A stretch of DNA of 64,000 nucleotides from Candidatus Nealsonbacteria bacterium. Lineage in GTDB: Bacteria; Patescibacteriota; Minisyncoccia; Minisyncoccales; JANBVM01. A model generated the notes under the pieces. The model was not told the origin of the DNA, made no database searches, and worked only from the letters and a program-made list of their open reading frames with translations. The position numbers and the translations under genes were made by a program. Where the stretch lies: NCBI GenBank assembly GCA_047456315.1, contig CP179889.1, forward strand, positions 384,776 to 448,775, read 5' to 3'. Of this stretch, positions 63,524-64,000 are shown in pieces; positions within the stretch are counted from its first letter, which is position 1; every line of letters starts with the position of its first letter.

Positions 63524-64000
63524 ATGAGTAATAGCAATAATAAAAACAATCGCAAAAAAAGTATAGCAATGATTAGTGTTCATTCCGATCCTTCGGCTAA
63601 GCTGGGTGGGCATGAAGCAGGAGGACAAAATGTTTATGTTTCTGAATTAAGCAAAGCTTTGGGACGAATGGGCTGGTCAGTTGACATTTTTACCAGATTA
63701 ACTAGAAAAAGAACAAAAATGATTAAAACTTATGGAAAGAATGTAAATATTATATATATAAAAGCAGGTCCTCGCTATTTTATATCTAAAGATAAAGTGC
63801 TAGAAAAATTACCAGAATTTGTTGGTAATTTTCTTATTTATAAAGAAGAAAACAAGATTAATTATAGGATAATTCATGGAAATTATTATTTAGGTGGCTG
63901 GACAGCTGCCCAAATCAAAAGAATACTTCGCGTTCCAATGATAGAAACCTTTCATTCATTAGGTCATGTTCGTCATCGTACTTTAGAAAAATTTGAAAAA
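63524..64000 (+). CDS. GT4-family glycosyltransferase (5' part, runs off window)
   Basis: IAMISVHSDPSAKLGGHEAGGQNVYVSELSKALGRMGWSVDIFT is typical of sucrose-phosphate-synthase/MshA-like GT4 N-termini. Confidence 0.8.
   Translation, partial: MSNSNNKNNRKKSIAMISVHSDPSAKLGGHEAGGQNVYVSELSKALGRMGWSVDIFTRLTRKRTKMIKTYGKNVNIIYIKAGPRYFISKDKVLEKLPEFVGNFLIYKEENKINYRIIHGNYYLGGWTAAQIKRILRVPMIETFHSLGHVRHRTLEKFEK

Noticed and set aside
1-64000. CRISPR arrays, rRNA genes, canonical tRNAs, long tandem repeats.
   Set aside because: No regularly spaced direct repeats, no rRNA-like conserved stretches and no clean cloverleaf were seen on reading. Only the aberrant tRNA-like fold at 27368-27454 was found.

Overview
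AT-rich 64-kb window that reads like a streamlined bacterial chromosome segment, probably CPR/Patescibacteria-like. That placement is an inference from small reduced proteins, a GAD-less AspRS, DUF-rich content and standard code 11. Core genes: efp, murC, aspS, a DD-carboxypeptidase, a dcw block (mraY, MurL-like, murD, ftsW, murG), gltX, rarA, a UvrD-nuclease fusion, mvaS, inositol-1-phosphate synthase, thpR and mazG. No rRNA, canonical tRNA or CRISPR array was seen. Accessory features worth attention, in window order: (1) a three-gene secreted module, TasA/pilin-like subunit + dockerin protein + cohesin-like membrane-anchored protein. It occurs twice as inverted, mosaic paralogous cassettes (2744-4965 minus; 35788-38121 plus). 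One copy lies next to a large serine recombinase that abuts a truncated DUF362 gene. (2) A pyruvoyl-type histidine decarboxylase homologue translationally coupled to a two-component system. (3) The dcw cluster is split by a 3.4-kb insertion. It carries an IS1595-family transposase and a 441-bp element with 13-bp inverted ends (each contains a perfect DnaA-box 9-mer), a promoter, a 33-bp G:U-rich hairpin and a tRNA-like structure. (4) A defence-type island: small PD-(D/E)xK-like ORF, GHKL/MORC-like ATPase, Dcm, Vsr. (5) A GC-rich 9-13-mer (GTCGCACAA core) recurs only in intergenic DNA between 35.4 and 46.8 kb. It brackets modules in alternating orientation next to a Xer-like tyrosine recombinase and includes a 13-bp perfect inverted pair around a promoter-bearing 0.5-kb segment. 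(6) Two ECF sigma/anti-sigma pairs, one with duplicated GTTAC-N16-CGTA promoters. (7) 0.84-kb direct repeats flank a PP-loop ATPase plus two DUF523/TudS-like genes. All calls rest on by-eye motif reading; no searches were run.
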